Source: an uncultured Nitrososphaerales archaeon
Lineage (GTDB): Archaea; Thermoproteota; Nitrososphaeria; Conexivisphaerales; DTJL01
DNA length: 64,000 bases
Assembly: GCA_964475215.1 (NCBI GenBank)
Contig: CAYYVT010000106.1
Coordinates: forward strand, 1,078 to 65,077
Direction: 5' to 3'
Below the pieces are notes generated by a model. It saw nothing but the letters and a program-made list of their open reading frames with translations. It was not told the DNA's origin and did not search any database. A program made the translations under genes and the position numbers. This document shows, in pieces, positions 46,727 through 56,334 of this stretch. The stretch's first letter is position 1. Each line of letters starts with the position of its first letter.

Positions 46727-48214
46727 TCAGCTGGCCCCCGTCAAGGGAATCTTCTTGAGGCCGAACCTTCCGAATGCCTCATTCAACTGCCTCACAAGGC
46801 CCTTCTTCCATTCGAACCAGTCCGCCGGCTTCTCCGGATAGTTCAGGTTGTGTGAGATCAGGGATTCGCTCTTCTTGGCCGTGAACCTGAGGTTGCTGGC
46901 GAGCGCCGGCTCGGCGAGGATCCTGAGCCACATCATGGGGTTGAACATCCTCACCCTGTCGAACTCCGGGTGCTGCCGCCTCGTAATATGGGCGACATCA
47001 TCCTCCGACAGGAAGTGTTTCATTCCGTAGCTGATTTCCTCGTTGGTGAGGGTCTGGAGGTATGATCTGAGTATCTCGAAGCTCGACATCTGGTATCCGT
47101 AGAACCGCATGTATTCGACGTTGTAGCCCCACAACCCCTCTTCGCTGGTGTCCTTGGCCTCCAGGGCTCTAGCGAGGACGCCTCCCAATATCACGCTCGA
47201 ATAGATGCAGGGACCGATTCCGCCGGCGTCGATGGGCCTGGGCATCCACGCCGCGTCTCCTATGAGGGCATAACCATTCGCCACGAGGCAATCATTATGC
47301 CTTCGCACGGGCACCTGCCAGCTCCCCTTATTGTTCCCGATGTCCTGCTGAGCCTTGGACAGGACTGGATTCCTGATGGCCTTATTGGCCCTGACGTACT
47401 GGTCGATCAGGTCCTGCAGGGTGTCCTTTCTGCCATACTTCGCGTTCCTCGCATCGAGAGCCGACTTCTGGACGCCGAGTCCTATGTTCGCCTTGTGCTC
47501 GCCTCGCGGAAAGGTCCAACAATAGCCGCCGCTGGAGAGGTACTGATCGAAATGTATGATGGCGAACTTCGGGTCGAACCAGGTCTTGTCCTCCACTCCC
47601 GGCTCGAAATCGAAGATGTAGCGACCGGTGCTTTCCAAGTCATCCCTGTCGATCTCCTTCTCCACCTTCGATTCTATGGCCAAGCTCCTCCTGAGCTTGG
47701 TGGCCGACCCGGCGGAATCCACGACGACCTTCGCCGTCTTGCTGAAGGTCGACCCGTCTTGGTTCCTGCCTACAACCCCCGTGACCCAGCCATCCTCGAA
47801 CTGCAGGCTATCCAAGCTCACTCCGAACGCGAATTCGACGCCCACCTTCCTGGCGTCCTCGACCTGCTTCTTTGCGAGTACCTTCCTGCTGAGCATGAAG
47901 CCCTCCCCTTCGAACAGGACCTTTGTCTGATGGTCGGGAGAGAAAAGGAGCACCCCACTGACGGGGTGCTCAATCTCCGGAGGACCGTACCGTATGCCGA
48001 CGTTCTTGTATAGGTAGTCGAGGCTGTTCTTCGAAGTCGCGTCGCCGCAGGTCCATCCGTTGACCGTCTTCTTCCCAGGCTCAGAGGCGGGGTTCCTGTC
48101 CACCACCAACACACGAGCCTTCTGCTTAGAGTAGACCCCCACGGCCGCCGCGGTGAGCAGCCCTGACATGCCTCCTCCGGCGATTATGACGTCGTAGTCG
48201 GGCTCCCGCACCAT
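46727..48214 (-). CDS. FAD-dependent oxidoreductase, geranylgeranyl reductase family (long form)
   Basis: The start is MVREPDYDVIIAGGGMSGLLTAA (GxGxxG), with LIGDAAWMPRPIDAGGIG also present. At about 495 aa it has a C-terminal extension relative to typical GGR. The upstream 43 codons of the track ORF are rejected. Confidence 0.6.
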   Translation of the reverse strand: MVREPDYDVIIAGGGMSGLLTAAAVGVYSKQKARVLVVDRNPASEPGKKTVNGWTCGDATSKNSLDYLYKNVGIRYGPPEIEHPVSGVLLFSPDHQTKVLFEGEGFMLSRKVLAKKQVEDARKVGVEFAFGVSLDSLQFEDGWVTGVVGRNQDGSTFSKTAKVVVDSAGSATKLRRSLAIESKVEKEIDRDDLESTGRYIFDFEPGVEDKTWFDPKFAIIHFDQYLSSGGYCWTFPRGEHKANIGLGVQKSALDARNAKYGRKDTLQDLIDQYVRANKAIRNPVLSKAQQDIGNNKGSWQVPVRRHNDCLVANGYALIGDAAWMPRPIDAGGIGPCIYSSVILGGVLARALEAKDTSEEGLWGYNVEYMRFYGYQMSSFEILRSYLQTLTNEEISYGMKHFLSEDDVAHITRRQHPEFDRVRMFNPMMWLRILAEPALASNLRFTAKKSESLISHNLNYPEKPADWFEWKKGLVRQLNEAFGRFGLKKIPLTGAS

Positions 48215-48410
48215 CCCCTCTTCACCCAAGCACGCGGATTCGAATGCTACTCTATGACGCATATAAGACTTGCCTCCGCGTTGCCTTGAAAGCTGATTGG
48301 GCTTCGTCGAATGCCTGAAACGCAGACCCTGGGGCTCTGACATCCGAGCCCAGCTTCAAGCAAACTTCATACTTTACCTCCGCAGACCATGGTAAAGGAG
48401 GGCCGCAGAT

Positions 48411-48938
48411 TTGGCCAAGGCCAAGCCGTTCACCGGTACCGGGGACGGAGGTCTCACCGCGACCGCAAGGTCAAGGATTAGGAAGGACTCAGATCTCATG
48501 GAGGCGATCGGATCCGTCGATGAGCTCGTCGCCTATCTCGGCCTCGCCAGGTCTCTCTCCAAGGAAATGGAGGACGTCTCCGCGACTCTCAAGGCCATCC
48601 AGGTGTCGCTCTTCAGGTTTAACGCCGCCCTGCTATCGATGAAGGGTTACGAGGTGACTCCGTCGGACGTAGCCTGGCTGGAGAAGGAGGCCCTCGACTA
48701 CGACTCCAAGCTGCCCACTCTCAGGCGGTTCGTCCTGCCCGGTGGCACCCAGCTGGGGGGAACCCTCCACCTGGCTAGGACGGTGTGCCGCCGAGCCGAG
48801 CGGAGAGTCGTCCGAATAAAGATGGGAAGCAAGGAGGCCGGCCTCGAAATCGCCTTCCTCAATCGGCTCTCCAGCCTCCTTTTCGTCCTAGCCAGATACG
48901 CCTGCATGGTACAAGGGGCGCCCGAAGAGCTCTTCTAG
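48411..48938 (+). CDS. ATP:cob(I)alamin adenosyltransferase, PduO/MMAB type
   Basis: 175 aa. TGTGDGGLT, IGSVDEL.AYLGLA and FVLPGG..LGG.LHLARTVCRRAER match this family. Confidence 0.8.
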   Translation: MAKAKPFTGTGDGGLTATARSRIRKDSDLMEAIGSVDELVAYLGLARSLSKEMEDVSATLKAIQVSLFRFNAALLSMKGYEVTPSDVAWLEKEALDYDSKLPTLRRFVLPGGTQLGGTLHLARTVCRRAERRVVRIKMGSKEAGLEIAFLNRLSSLLFVLARYACMVQGAPEELF

Positions 48939-48952
48939 CTTCTGCCCCTTCG

Positions 48953-50062
48953 CTAGACGGCTATCCCTAGGAACGTCCTTGCCACGAAACCGATGATGAA
49001 TGTTGCTATGGCTGCGGCAAGGGCGACCGCGTCCATCTCAATCACTTTGCTCCTTATGCTCACCCCCGACAGCATTGCGATGATGGCGCTGGAGATGCTC
49101 AGCAGGACAACGGAGAACGTAACTGAAAGAGCGATCCCCAGCCTTCCGCTGACCATGGCGAGGAATGGCGCTATGGGGGCCAACGAGCCAATGAAGTAGT
49201 AGACTCCGGCGCTCCTGGCGGCGTGGACTGGGTTCTCGAGGCTCTCCTCCGACGTTCTGAGGTCCACAGCCTTCCCCATGGCCTCCGCCAGGTCATGGTT
49301 CCTGGTCACCTCTGCTCCAACCTCCGCCGCCACCGGGGCCGTGAGCCCCCAGGTCATCAGTTGGGCGCTGATCCTTTCCGCCTGTCTCTCCGGCATGACT
49401 CTTGCCCTAACCGACAAATCGGCTATCTTGCCCTCGACTATGTCCCTTTGCGATTTGGATGACAGGTAGGCCCCGGCGCTCATGGACAACGTTCCGGCTG
49501 AGGCAGATATGATTCCTCCCAGCGCCACGATGACAGGGTTAACCAGGACCACAGCCAGGCCCACTACAACCGCCGTGACCTCCACTAGGGAATCGACCAT
49601 CCCGTAGACGGCGTTCCTCACGTCGTCCACATTTCCTCGGACAGTAACGACCTCGGAAAGCAGGGATATCTCGTGGTGCACTTCATCGAGTATGACGCCC
49701 CGAAGCTCTTCTCGGTGCTCCCTGAGCTCAGGCGTGTCGAGGATCTGGCCGTAGGTCCTTATGGCTGCCGATTCGCTGAGCTCCAAATACCTGATGAACG
49801 CCGAGAGGCCCATCAGCCTCAGGAAAACCTTGAACATCGCAAGTTTGGCCTTCAGCCTGATTCCGGCCTTTGGCTTCTCGTCGGCGTTCCTCTCAGCGTA
49901 CATCTTCTCCCAGAGGGCGCCGTGGCGGGCCTCCATGTCCGCGAGGTCGTCAAAGAGCTTCGCCTTGCCCTTCCTCTTTTCAGCAATCGAACGGTAGATC
50001 CTGGTCGAGATGTATTCGTCCTCCCAGAACGCCTTCGACGCCCTCTTCAGGTCGACCGCCAA
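48953..50062 (-). CDS. VIT1/CCC1-family iron/manganese transporter with an N-terminal ferritin-like domain
   Basis: 369 aa. The N-terminal ~140 aa are a rubrerythrin/ferritin-like four-helix region (E..H pairs: DMEARHG, LDEVHHE). The VIT1 membrane domain follows. Confidence 0.7.
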   Translation of the reverse strand: MAVDLKRASKAFWEDEYISTRIYRSIAEKRKGKAKLFDDLADMEARHGALWEKMYAERNADEKPKAGIRLKAKLAMFKVFLRLMGLSAFIRYLELSESAAIRTYGQILDTPELREHREELRGVILDEVHHEISLLSEVVTVRGNVDDVRNAVYGMVDSLVEVTAVVVGLAVVLVNPVIVALGGIISASAGTLSMSAGAYLSSKSQRDIVEGKIADLSVRARVMPERQAERISAQLMTWGLTAPVAAEVGAEVTRNHDLAEAMGKAVDLRTSEESLENPVHAARSAGVYYFIGSLAPIAPFLAMVSGRLGIALSVTFSVVLLSISSAIIAMLSGVSIRSKVIEMDAVALAAAIATFIIGFVARTFLGIAV

Positions 50063-50149
50063 GACCCATCAGCCCTCACATGGAGTCCAGAGCTGACTTA
50101 AGCCTTAGGGCTGTTCGAAACCTCTTCCTACCTTCAAAGTGCAGAGACT

Positions 50150-50887
50150 TTACCCTGGCCGAACCTCGGCCCAACCATCGATTACAAGGTCAGGCTTCTC
50201 CCCTTCGCCGAAGACCCCTGTCGGGTAAGCCCAAAACGCAGTTTGATTCGGGTCGAATCTGTAACCTGAATGCAGCCTTGCCATCGCGCCGTGATCTAGT
50301 CCTTTTGTCAGGCTCAATGGAATGGGTTGGCTAACCCTTTGCTCGCCTTTCATCAACATCTCCATCACTCGCTGGCAGCCCTTATCCAGCTCGACCATCT
50401 TATCCCCGGTAATCCTGTCCGTAAACACTTGATGAACTGGATAGGCCCTGCACTGCAGAGGCCTCTCATCATATATCATGCACTTCAACATCCCGTCTCC
50501 GGTACGGCGATTCTCGGCCGGCGTGCTTAGAAACGGGCACATATCTCCATCTTCGAACCGGCCCATCAGCCAGTAGGAGATAATCTGTTCGGGGGCTTTC
50601 GCCCCAAGCGGCCCCACGGCCTTTGCCGGCAGGAACCGATACTGGATCGGTTTCCCCTTCTCGTCCACCCGCCTCCTCAACTTCTTCGCGAGCTTGAGCA
50701 TTTTGGGCAGCTCCCAAGCCTCCACTTCCACCATTCCCTCCTTCCCCATCGACTCCGGTTTGATCTGGACGAAACTGCGGGTGTTCGGATCTCGGACGAT
50801 GTTAATCTGAGGATATCCCCTGGTTATACAACACACGTTGCACCCGCTCGAGCAGCGGAATGCGATGCCCCTATCTTCGGAGGCCAA
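50150..50887 (-). CDS. YkgJ-family zinc/iron-chelating (CxxCxxCC) domain protein
   Basis: 245 aa. The motifs are RCSSGCNVCC and CPFL...KCMIYDERPLQCRAYP (UPF0153/PF03692 pattern). Confidence 0.7.
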   Translation of the reverse strand: MASEDRGIAFRCSSGCNVCCITRGYPQINIVRDPNTRSFVQIKPESMGKEGMVEVEAWELPKMLKLAKKLRRRVDEKGKPIQYRFLPAKAVGPLGAKAPEQIISYWLMGRFEDGDMCPFLSTPAENRRTGDGMLKCMIYDERPLQCRAYPVHQVFTDRITGDKMVELDKGCQRVMEMLMKGEQRVSQPIPLSLTKGLDHGAMARLHSGYRFDPNQTAFWAYPTGVFGEGEKPDLVIDGWAEVRPG

Positions 50888-51066
50888 CGAAACCCGTGAG
50901 ACGCTTGGTCAGGGATAAGAGTTTCTCCTTCTGAGGGTTGTGGCTGCGGGGGCGAACCTCTGTAAGCGGGTCTGGACTCCGGTATCTGCTGTGAGGCTGA
51001 GTTCGGACCGACCTGCCGTTGTCGCAGCTAAGTGCTTGCGCTGCCGCAGGGGAGGACATTATCTCG

Positions 51067-51849
51067 TCACACCTTTTGGGCAGCGGCTCTATGAGCGATG
51101 ATGAGGCACCTGTGCCTCTGAGTTTCGATGAAGCCCCTCCTCTTGACGGTCTGATTCAGCCTCTGAAGCGCTTCAAAGTATCCTTCGACCGAAAAGTTCG
51201 GGACCTCCCAAGGGATTGCTTTGAGATAGTACACGAGAGCGCCCAGGTCATAGAACCGCGTTACCGTGACCTCCTCCCTCTGTTCATCGATTAAGAATCC
51301 GGCGTCTTTCAGCTCCCTTGCGGCGGCTTTGAGATTCCAGATGTTCGGCGAAGCGTCCCGAATCCCTAGTGACCTCCTCAAGCTGCGGTTGGTTTTTGAC
51401 CCAACCTGTTGCGTAATGAACCTGCCTCCATTCCGTAGCACCCTGAAGACCTCTTTCGCCGAATAGCCCGTGTGTCTATCTATTACGAGATCAAAGACGC
51501 TGCTCTTGAACGGCAGGAGACCGCCCTCTTCGGCAGCGACCACCTTGACTCCGAGCGGCTCGAGCCTGCGCCTCGCCGCCTTGACGTTGGGCGGGTAGCC
51601 CTCAGTGGCGTAGGCCACCGTCGGGAGAGGATGCAACAAAGAAAGGAGCTCCCCTCCACCCGTCCCGACGTCGAGGAGGGACCTAGCTTTCGGTAGGGCA
51701 GCGATGACGATGCTGGGGTAGTTCCACGTGAGAAGACCTTCCTGCATCCTGCCACTCTTGGTAATGTAGGAGAAATCCCATCCTCCGAACGCTTGGCTGT
51801 ACTCCGACTTGAGCGTTGAATAGAGGTCCCTTGATTCATTCTCAGGCAT
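51067..51849 (-). CDS. Class I SAM-dependent methyltransferase
   Basis: 260 aa. Motif I is LLDVGTGGGELL, and the post-I and motif II/III spacing is typical. Confidence 0.75.
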   Translation of the reverse strand: MPENESRDLYSTLKSEYSQAFGGWDFSYITKSGRMQEGLLTWNYPSIVIAALPKARSLLDVGTGGGELLSLLHPLPTVAYATEGYPPNVKAARRRLEPLGVKVVAAEEGGLLPFKSSVFDLVIDRHTGYSAKEVFRVLRNGGRFITQQVGSKTNRSLRRSLGIRDASPNIWNLKAAARELKDAGFLIDEQREEVTVTRFYDLGALVYYLKAIPWEVPNFSVEGYFEALQRLNQTVKRRGFIETQRHRCLIIAHRAAAQKV

Positions 51850-51980
51850 AAGACTAAGGTCGCCCTTGCGGATAGATAAGGCCAGCCCACCAGTGACACC
51901 TCAGGCCAATTCGAGACGGGAGCCCAGGTCGACGTCATGGGCCAGTTCATGCAATACGTAGGCTGGGGGCGCAGAATCTA

Positions 51981-52056
51981 TGGGCCGAGCAGGATTCGAA
52001 CCTGCGATCTTCTGCGTGTAAGGCAGATGTCCAAGACCGAACTAGACGACCGGCCC
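51981..52056 (-). tRNA. tRNA-Val (anticodon UAC), no intron, CCA not encoded
   Basis: The rc reads GGGCCGG-TC-GTCTAGTTCGGTCTTGGAC-A-TCTGC-CTTACAC-GCAGA-AGATC-GCAGG-TTCGAAT-CCTGC-TCGGCCC-A. Confidence 0.9.
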
Positions 52057-52192
52057 AGCACAGTTGTTCTAAGATATCGGATGTAAGAACTTTTCCTGCT
52101 CGGGATCAACCTTGCCAGCATCGCGGATTTGAAAATCCAACAAGGAAGCCAAACCTTAAGATGCGCCCATCTCTACAGTTCGCTGTGACGAA

Positions 52193-52408
52193 GTGGGATT
52201 GCCAAAGGCCATCCAAGACGGGAAGGGAGCCGACGTCGTGAGCCTGGTCAAGGCGCTTCCTCGCCATAAATCGGCCGAGTTCATCTTCTTCAAGGTCGGC
52301 TTCCTCGGCGAGCTCGAAAGGCTGATGGCGGACCTCGACGATGTAGGTGAATTTACAGGATTGGAGACCGCCGGGCGGTATTTCACTCTGACGATAAGGC
52401 ATCGATGA
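52193..52408 (+). CDS. Hypothetical 71-aa protein
   Basis: Several ORFs overlap here. The + frame has the GC-rich third positions typical of genes in this window (ttc aag gtc ggc ttc ctc ggc gag ctc). It has a GTG start and no recognisable motif. Confidence 0.35.
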   Translation: MGLPKAIQDGKGADVVSLVKALPRHKSAEFIFFKVGFLGELERLMADLDDVGEFTGLETAGRYFTLTIRHR

Positions 52409-52411
52409 TGT

Positions 52412-53272
52412 CTATAGTCTCTCATTAAGGAGACGGCACGGAGGCGATACCTTGTCGGACTGTCTGAGGACCGGCAGCTTCTTTCTAGCGTCGCGCACGG
52501 CCTTCAAATCCAATTCAAAGTAGGATACGCGCTCTCCCGTCCCCAGGTCCAGAGCCTTGATGCCGAAAGGAGTCACGACGATGCTTCTTCCGATGAACGC
52601 CGGGTTGGCATTGCCCACTCCGACGACATAGCAGGTGTCTTCGTGGGCTCTCGCCATCAACAGGGTCTGCCACTGCTCCTCCTTCATCTCCCCCCGGTAC
52701 CAAGCCGAGGGCACCAGGACAACTTCAGCCCCCGCCATCGCCTCCCTCTTGGCTAGCTCCGGGAAGCGGACATCGTAGCAGATTACGATGCCGAACCTGA
52801 GCCCGCCCAGCTCGAACACGACCAGCTCGGAGCCGGTTCCAAAGACGTCGGACTCCTTGTATCCCAAGGCGTCGAATAGCTTCGACTTCCTGTAGCCCCC
52901 CAGGACCCTGCCGTCCACCATGACCACAGCGGTGTTGTAGACCCGGTTTCGCCCCCTCTCGAAGATGGGGAGGACGACGCCCAGATGTTTCCTTCCGCTC
53001 AGCTTCGCGACCTGTCCTACGAAGTTGCCGTCCAACCCCTCCGATGCCTCTAGGACGTAATCCGGGGTGAGGCCCTCCTTCGGGTACCCCATGCTGTACT
53101 CGGGGAAGACGACGAGCCTAGTGCCGGGCTCAAGACCTTCGATGATAGAGAGAACCCTTCGCAGGTTCGCATCTTTGCTGGGGCCAACCTCGAGTTGGGC
53201 CAGGCAGATCTTCAACACGGCCTTGCGAAGTAGCGTGCGCTGTATAACGGTTTCGTCACGATGTGAGTACAT
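52412..53272 (-). CDS. Carbon-nitrogen hydrolase (nitrilase superfamily)
   Basis: 286 aa. The E-K-C triad context is VVFPEY, YRKSKLF and GIVICYDVRFPE. Confidence 0.8.
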   Translation of the reverse strand: MYSHRDETVIQRTLLRKAVLKICLAQLEVGPSKDANLRRVLSIIEGLEPGTRLVVFPEYSMGYPKEGLTPDYVLEASEGLDGNFVGQVAKLSGRKHLGVVLPIFERGRNRVYNTAVVMVDGRVLGGYRKSKLFDALGYKESDVFGTGSELVVFELGGLRFGIVICYDVRFPELAKREAMAGAEVVLVPSAWYRGEMKEEQWQTLLMARAHEDTCYVVGVGNANPAFIGRSIVVTPFGIKALDLGTGERVSYFELDLKAVRDARKKLPVLRQSDKVSPPCRLLNERL

Positions 53273-53996
53273 CTGGATACCTTTCGACTACGGCTCTGCC
53301 TCCGTCGAAGGTAGCGTGAACCAGCTCCCTGTTCCCGATGAGCTTCCACCGAAGTCCCAAGAGCGGCTCCGAGCAGAAGATGACGGAGTCCCTCTCCTGA
53401 GAGTAATAGAGAGTGTAGTAGTCCCCGTACCTGCCAAAGTGACGGTAGGCATAGATTGAAGGGCCATCCTGCATCACGAACGTGAGAGAGGTGTAATCCA
53501 TGTGCTCCAGTCGTGAAATGGTCTCCCTCACGGCATCACGGACCCGCCTCCCTTCGAGGCTGTCCAGCAGCATGAGGAAGTACACCTCGCTATCCGTCTG
53601 GCCGAGGGGCTCGCGCGAGGTCGAAATCGAATTCGCCAGGCCCTTCACGCTCCCGTTGTGCATGAAGGCCCTGCCCCCCACTACGAAGGGATGGCTGTTA
53701 ACCACCCGCTTCGCTCCGACGGAGGCCTTGCGCAGGTGGAACATCAGAGCGCGCGGTCCAGAGATCCTGCCGACGGCCTCGCTGATCGCTTGAAAGGACG
53801 GGTCGTCATAGGCATCCTTGCTGCTCCGATAGTGCAGCGTCGTCGTTTCGAAGTTTGATGCATAGGCTCCCCATCCGGAAACGTGACCGGGGGCCGCCCT
53901 CGGAGGGACCATCCCTTCATGGGAGAGACGTTGGAAACGGGTCACCAGGCCATCGGGTAGCCCGTCTGCAGTCAGGCAGGCCAGCATTCGGCACAT
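53256..53996 (-). CDS. Class II (Ntn) glutamine amidotransferase, YafJ/GATase_4-like
   Basis: The start chosen is MCRMLA, giving the Cys2 nucleophile; the track start is 8 codons upstream. HLRKASVG....NSHPF is also present. It overlaps the nitrilase start by 17 nt. Confidence 0.7.
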   Translation of the reverse strand: MCRMLACLTADGLPDGLVTRFQRLSHEGMVPPRAAPGHVSGWGAYASNFETTTLHYRSSKDAYDDPSFQAISEAVGRISGPRALMFHLRKASVGAKRVVNSHPFVVGGRAFMHNGSVKGLANSISTSREPLGQTDSEVYFLMLLDSLEGRRVRDAVRETISRLEHMDYTSLTFVMQDGPSIYAYRHFGRYGDYYTLYYSQERDSVIFCSEPLLGLRWKLIGNRELVHATFDGGRAVVERYPDVLTS

Positions 53997-54130
53997 TGCA
54001 GGGCCTAGCACGAAGGACACGTTAAAAGGGCATCGGTCGAAGGTCCAATGCAGGAAGGACGGCTAACCACATTAGCTTTGGCCCACCCAATAGGAACACT
54101 TTTTACGCCGCCAGAGGTTGCGACAAGGTC

Positions 54131-54523
54131 GTGAAGATAACGTTCGCGCCCTCGGAGAGGAAGTTCCTTGAAGCCAACGAGATTTGCAGGCTGGCGACGA
54201 GCTCCTCGAAGGGCTGGCCTCTTGTTACGCCCGTAAGCTATGTTCTGATTGGGGACGATTTCTACATCGCCACCGACTATGATACAACGAAGGTCCGGAA
54301 TGTCAAGGAGAATCCCAGGGCGTCGCTCGTCGTCGACGCCGTCTCTCCCAATAGGGCCGTAGTCGTGCAGGGGAGGGCCGAATTGATCGAGAGAGGGAAG
54401 GAGTTCGACGACATCTACAGGGTCTTCCACGACAGGTTCGCATGGGTCCGCAGGGACCCGTGGAAGCAAGGAGAGGCGCCCTTCATCAAGATCTCCCCCT
54501 CAATGAAGTCGAGTTGGCCCTGA
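54131..54523 (+). CDS. Pyridoxamine 5'-phosphate oxidase-family (split-barrel flavin/F420-binding) protein
   Basis: 130 aa. The sequence is FLEANEICRLATSSSKGWPLVTPVSYVLIGDDFYIATDYDTTKVRNVKENPRASLVVD. Confidence 0.7.
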   Translation: MKITFAPSERKFLEANEICRLATSSSKGWPLVTPVSYVLIGDDFYIATDYDTTKVRNVKENPRASLVVDAVSPNRAVVVQGRAELIERGKEFDDIYRVFHDRFAWVRRDPWKQGEAPFIKISPSMKSSWP

Positions 54524-55224
54524 GATCCACGGGCAAGCCGCCATCAGCCGCGTCCGGACCGAACCCCAAGGGCCGTCGATGGATCAACAGGTTCATCTCC
54601 AGCGATGGGTTCGAAGAAAACGCCTACCTTTTCGGCGACGCGGCCAGCCGCGAATGCGTGCTAATAGACCCGGGCGCTTCAGCTGAACGGGTGATTGCCT
54701 ACGTTGAAAGCGAGGACCTGAGCGTAATGGCGATCCTCGCCACCCATGCCCACATCGATCACGTCGTTTCTGCTCCAATCCTCTCAAGGCGGTTCGGAAC
54801 TCCCTTCCTGGTCCATGCCCAGGACGAAGGACTGCTCGACGGACTGGCCCAGCAGGCCGCATCCTTCGGCTACAAACTGATGGAGAAGGTAAAGGCCGAC
54901 GGGTTCTTCCAGGAGGGAACCGTCTTCCATGTCGGTTCGCTCTCGCTCCAAGTCCTTCACACCCCTGGTCATACGCCAGGGAGCTCATGTTTCATGTCAG
55001 GTGGTGACCTGTTCACGGGAGACACCCTCTTCGCCGGCTCCATCGGCCGAACCGACTTCCCAGGGGGCTCTACTAGTGAGATGACGCGCTCTCTGAAGAG
55101 GCTCGCGTCCCTTCCTGAGGCACTGGCGATCTATCCTGGACATGAGGGCGAATCGACGATAGGGGAGGAGAAGGCCACGAACCCCTTCCTCCTCTCTCTC
55201 TACAACGCGCAGGACCACGGCTAA
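54514..55224 (+). CDS. MBL-fold metallo-hydrolase (glyoxalase II-like)
   Basis: The HxHxDH motif is THAHIDHV, with HTPGHTPGS and GDTLFAGSIGRTDFPGG also present. The start is uncertain (TTG 54514 chosen, overlapping the upstream stop by 10 nt). Confidence 0.8.
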   Translation: MALRSTGKPPSAASGPNPKGRRWINRFISSDGFEENAYLFGDAASRECVLIDPGASAERVIAYVESEDLSVMAILATHAHIDHVVSAPILSRRFGTPFLVHAQDEGLLDGLAQQAASFGYKLMEKVKADGFFQEGTVFHVGSLSLQVLHTPGHTPGSSCFMSGGDLFTGDTLFAGSIGRTDFPGGSTSEMTRSLKRLASLPEALAIYPGHEGESTIGEEKATNPFLLSLYNAQDHG

Positions 55225-55694
55225 TGTTCAAAAGTCCCTGTGGTGGCGTACCCTATCGGTTTCCCTTGGGCACAGTTTCAGGAAGGGCCGGGCGGGTCAT
55301 CATAGCGAACCTCCCACGCGGAGGCGACCTTATGGGTTCGTTGGAGAAGCTGGCGGCTGACTCTGGCGTGGCGGGTGGTGTCTTCACGGCGATTGGGACC
55401 GTCTCAAAAGCTGCCTTCGCGTACTACGACCAAGCCAGCCACAAATACATGAACATCGTGAAGGAGGGAGGCTTCGAGATTATCTCATGCACGGGGAACT
55501 TCGGCGTCCTCAAAGGTCGGCCGAGGATACACTGCCACCTTGCGCTCGCCGACAGGAACGGTCACGTCTTCGGGGGCCACCTCCTTCCCGGCACCGAAGT
55601 CTTCGTGGGAGAGGTCCACCTGACCGAAGTGAAGGATGTGAAATTGAAGAGGAAGGTGGACCCCGAGACGGGGCTAGCTATGTTCGACTTCTAG
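55224..55694 (+). CDS. PPC (DUF296) domain protein
   Basis: 156 aa. G.V......YD.....Y........EI.S..G......G.PR.H.H..LAD..G...GGHLLPG..VFVGEV matches the PPC/DUF296 pattern. Its ATG overlaps the MBL stop (TAATG). Confidence 0.65.
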   Translation: MFKSPCGGVPYRFPLGTVSGRAGRVIIANLPRGGDLMGSLEKLAADSGVAGGVFTAIGTVSKAAFAYYDQASHKYMNIVKEGGFEIISCTGNFGVLKGRPRIHCHLALADRNGHVFGGHLLPGTEVFVGEVHLTEVKDVKLKRKVDPETGLAMFDF

Positions 55695-56254
55695 GTGCCC
55701 GGCTCCAGCTCCCTGATCCTGGAGGGCACTTCGGGGAACTTCTCCTTGGCCTGTAACTCGGCTGCGGCAGCGGCCTCCCTCATGATGCCCTCAGCCTCTT
55801 CGTTGGCTAACGATACGTTGAGGGAGCCTCCTGTAAGCTGGCCCGCCTCCGTCATCGTCTGCTGGAGGCTCACGAATGAGTCATTGATGGTCCCGCTAGC
55901 CTCCGGCATCACCTTTGCCAGCTGCTTCTGCAGGGCAGCAGCGACGGCGATAGTCGGACCGATGATGGAGTTGAAATCGCCCAGATCCTTAACGGTCTCC
56001 ATCCTCAGGATTATAGCGTTGAAGGCGAGCTTGGATTTCATCACGGTCTTCTCTGTCTTCCTTAACTCGGAAAGCTCGCTAGCGAGCATCTTCGCCCGGG
56101 GCCGGTCGTTCGCCTTGAGGGCCGTCACTATCTTTCCGAAGATCTCTGCGTCCTTGGTCTTCAGCCTGAACTCCCTCTCGTCAAGGAGCCTTGTGACGGT
56201 GGTAAGCGTGTTCATGGCGTTCTGAAGCATCGGTCTCAAAGGTTCACGGGACAT
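55691..56254 (-). CDS. ESCRT-III / Snf7-family protein (CdvB-like)
   Basis: 187 aa, all-helical. DAEIFGKIVTALKANDRPRAKMLASELSELRKTEK...AFNAIILRMETVKDLGDFNS...MPEAS parallels Sulfolobus CdvB (DQELF.KVV.A...GD..RA.IYA.EIA.IRK...ALEQV.LRL.T....GD). It has an acidic C-terminal tail. Confidence 0.65.
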   Translation of the reverse strand: MSREPLRPMLQNAMNTLTTVTRLLDEREFRLKTKDAEIFGKIVTALKANDRPRAKMLASELSELRKTEKTVMKSKLAFNAIILRMETVKDLGDFNSIIGPTIAVAAALQKQLAKVMPEASGTINDSFVSLQQTMTEAGQLTGGSLNVSLANEEAEGIMREAAAAAELQAKEKFPEVPSRIRELEPGT

Positions 56255-56334
56255 TGACCTCTAATAGCACCGACCGAGGTTACCATACTCTCGTAATTAA
56301 TACTTCGCTATGGGCGTCACGAGAGCACAGCCCG

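Noticed and set aside
50888-51066. A 180-nt GC-rich spacer between the methyltransferase and the YkgJ-like gene, with the 62-aa ORF 50871-51059, considered as a small gene or riboswitch.
   Set aside because: The ORF is Arg/Ser/Pro-rich with no motif. I recognised no riboswitch or RNase P-type conserved elements. I leave it unannotated.
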